Shown in pieces: positions 30,330-32,049 of a stretch of 32,049 nucleotides of DNA (position 1 is the first letter of the stretch; each line of letters opens with the position of its first letter). Below the pieces are notes generated by a model, which was not told where the DNA came from, did no database searches, and was given only the letters and a program-made list of their open reading frames with translations. Origin of the DNA: Octopus sinensis (taxonomy: Eukaryota); assembly GCF_006345805.1 (NCBI RefSeq), contig NW_021829651.1, positions 1 to 32,049 on the forward strand, given 5' to 3'. The translations under genes were made by a program, and so were the position numbers.

Positions 30330-30661
30330 CAGTGGCGCACTGGGTCTAAAAATATTGGTTGCCAGGAGACTAAGGGGGCCCACCCGCAACTACAATGCTA
30401 TCATTTAATTTCTGGGGTTTTTTTCTTTTGTTTTTTTGTTTTTTGTTAAAGGGATTCTTTAACTGTCTATAAACAGCCAAGCTGAAATTATTAATGCATT
30501 CTTTCAGAAGTCAATAAAAAAATTCTCAAACTTAAAAGGAAATACTTAGATACTAACATGGGGCCCCATATATGGATTTTAATGGATATATATATGGATT
30601 TTAATGGCGCAGGGGCCCACTTGCCATCGGGCAACCTGGCAACCTGGCCAGTCCGCCACTA
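30330..30661. mobile_element. hAT-like MITE in (TA)n
   Basis: Imperfect 14-bp TIRs CAGTGGCGCACTGG / CCAGTCCGCCACTA, with TA runs on both sides and an internal 16-bp duplication ATATGGATTTTAATGG. Confidence 0.65.
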
Positions 30662-30892
30662 TATATATATAACGGCCTCGAACACACAAGTGCAAACAAG
30701 GGAGACAGAGAAAGGCAGAATGCCACTTATATTTGAACACTATACAAATATTCCTTTAAAAAAACTTTTCTTTTAATTTTTCTAAATTTAATTATTTAGT
30801 CGTTACAGTTGAAAAGGTCTCAAAATGACCGAAACCGGTACTGAAATGTTCTTTATAAAATTATTTTAGCATTTTCTATTTTGACTTGTGTT

Positions 30893-30930
<38 letters not shown>

Positions 30931-30933
<3 letters not shown>

Positions 30934-31058
30934 TAAACAGTAAAAATAATTACAGACATGGACAAGAACATGAACACACAGAGACGACACAAGAACCACA
31001 GGACGGGACATTCGAAGCCCTCAGTCATCATTCAAGAACCAGATCATCTTAGCAATTT

Positions 31059-31061
<3 letters not shown>
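30931..31061 (-). mobile_element. Penelope-like family P2 fragment between (TA)n arrays
   Basis: Homologous to 2561-2671, with the same GCAATTTCGG|ATAT breakpoint. Confidence 0.55.
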
Positions 31062-31096
<35 letters not shown>

Positions 31097-31133
31097 TTAC
31101 ACGCCACAAAACACAACGCCCATGTATCTCAGT

Positions 31134-31370
31134 ATCATAGGTTTAACGTCCATTTTTCTATGCCGACATGGGCCAGACGGAAATCGGTTCGTTGGTGCAG
31201 GTTTTCTACGGCCTGGTACCCATTCTGTCACCAACCCTCACCTCGCTTCCAAACAATGTTTAAATTTTTCCCGTGACCGGGTGTATCCTTCCACCGAAGA
31301 TTGGAGACGAACGACACCGCTTGTAGGACGGCGATGCTCGTTAACATCTATCTCGCGCTGCCGAGACAAA
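31134..31370 (-). mobile_element. 3' tail of an RTE-type LINE or an RTE-mobilised SINE
   Basis: ATCATAGGTTTAACGTCC...TTTCTACGGCCTGGTACCCATTCTGTCACCAACC resembles the GGATGCCCTTCCTGTCGCCAACC motif of RTE 3' ends read antisense (from memory). Confidence 0.55.
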
Positions 31371-31390
31371 CACACACAGCTACACGTTAT

Positions 31391-31428
<38 letters not shown>

Positions 31429-31970
31429 AATGTATTACTCTTACGTAATAAATCTGACAATAAAATGTACTAATATTTAGCAGTCATATATATATGTATG
31501 GTATGTACGTATGTATGTTATCTCCATAATTCCCACAGTTAAAATACAACACAGCCTACAGTTCGTACAAAGGGTCCTTATGGGAGTTTTATGAGCAACC
31601 GACTGGCGCCAATTCCGGAGATTGGGAATCGACTTCATGCTACATTGGCTGCTGAGTTTCTGCCTGTGTGGTGATGAGGGGAGGGTCTATGGAGATACCT
31701 GCATCGGCATCACCATCACAATCATCATCTGTTATGTAATTCTGTGTGTGTGACAGAGAGAGAGAGAGAGAGAGAGTTGACTCCTTTTTCAGTTATATTC
31801 AGTATTACTGCTTACAAAAACATCGTGTGTTGGTGGAGGTGCATTTGTAATACTGTGTGTTGAAACAGATTTTGCTGTGTCTTGGGAGGGTCATTACGCC
31901 AAGTAAAACACACGCACTGATTGTATGTCACTTCTTTTACTATTATTATTATTATTATTATCATTATTAT

Positions 31971-32049
31971 GGCGGCGAGCTGGCAGAATTGTTAGCACAC
32001 CGGACAAAATGCTAAGCAGCATTTCGTCCGCTTTTACGTTCTGAGCTCA
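31971..32049 (+). mobile_element. SINE family B 5' part, cut by the window edge
   Basis: GGCGGCGAGCTGGCAGAATTGTTAGCAC head preceded by (ATT)n. Confidence 0.88.

Overview
AT-rich, microsatellite-saturated eukaryotic DNA that looks intronic or intergenic. The repeat families match my recollection of Octopus (coleoid cephalopod) repeats; this taxon call is an inference, not a database result. No complete or nameable protein-coding gene is visible, and nearly all ORFs in the supplied track are read-throughs of microsatellites or SINEs. The window holds about 30 tRNA-derived SINE copies in several modular families (A, B, C, D, E; my own labels), relics of mariner, pogo-like and hAT-like DNA transposons, an RTE-type LINE tail and very long simple repeats. 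There are also a few candidate exons supported only by splice signals or an open frame. The most interesting signal is a set of short elements embedded in (TA)n arrays that carry hammerhead-ribozyme motifs. The best is a type I hammerhead with all core nucleotides at 12895-12939, sitting inside a ~140 bp palindrome whose other arm could base-pair with and block it. A sister copy at 15606-15727 has lost the ribozyme. A degenerate type III hammerhead lies at 22553-22605, and several Penelope-like fragments break at the same YCGAAA position. Folds were worked out by hand and coordinates of diverged repeats are approximate.
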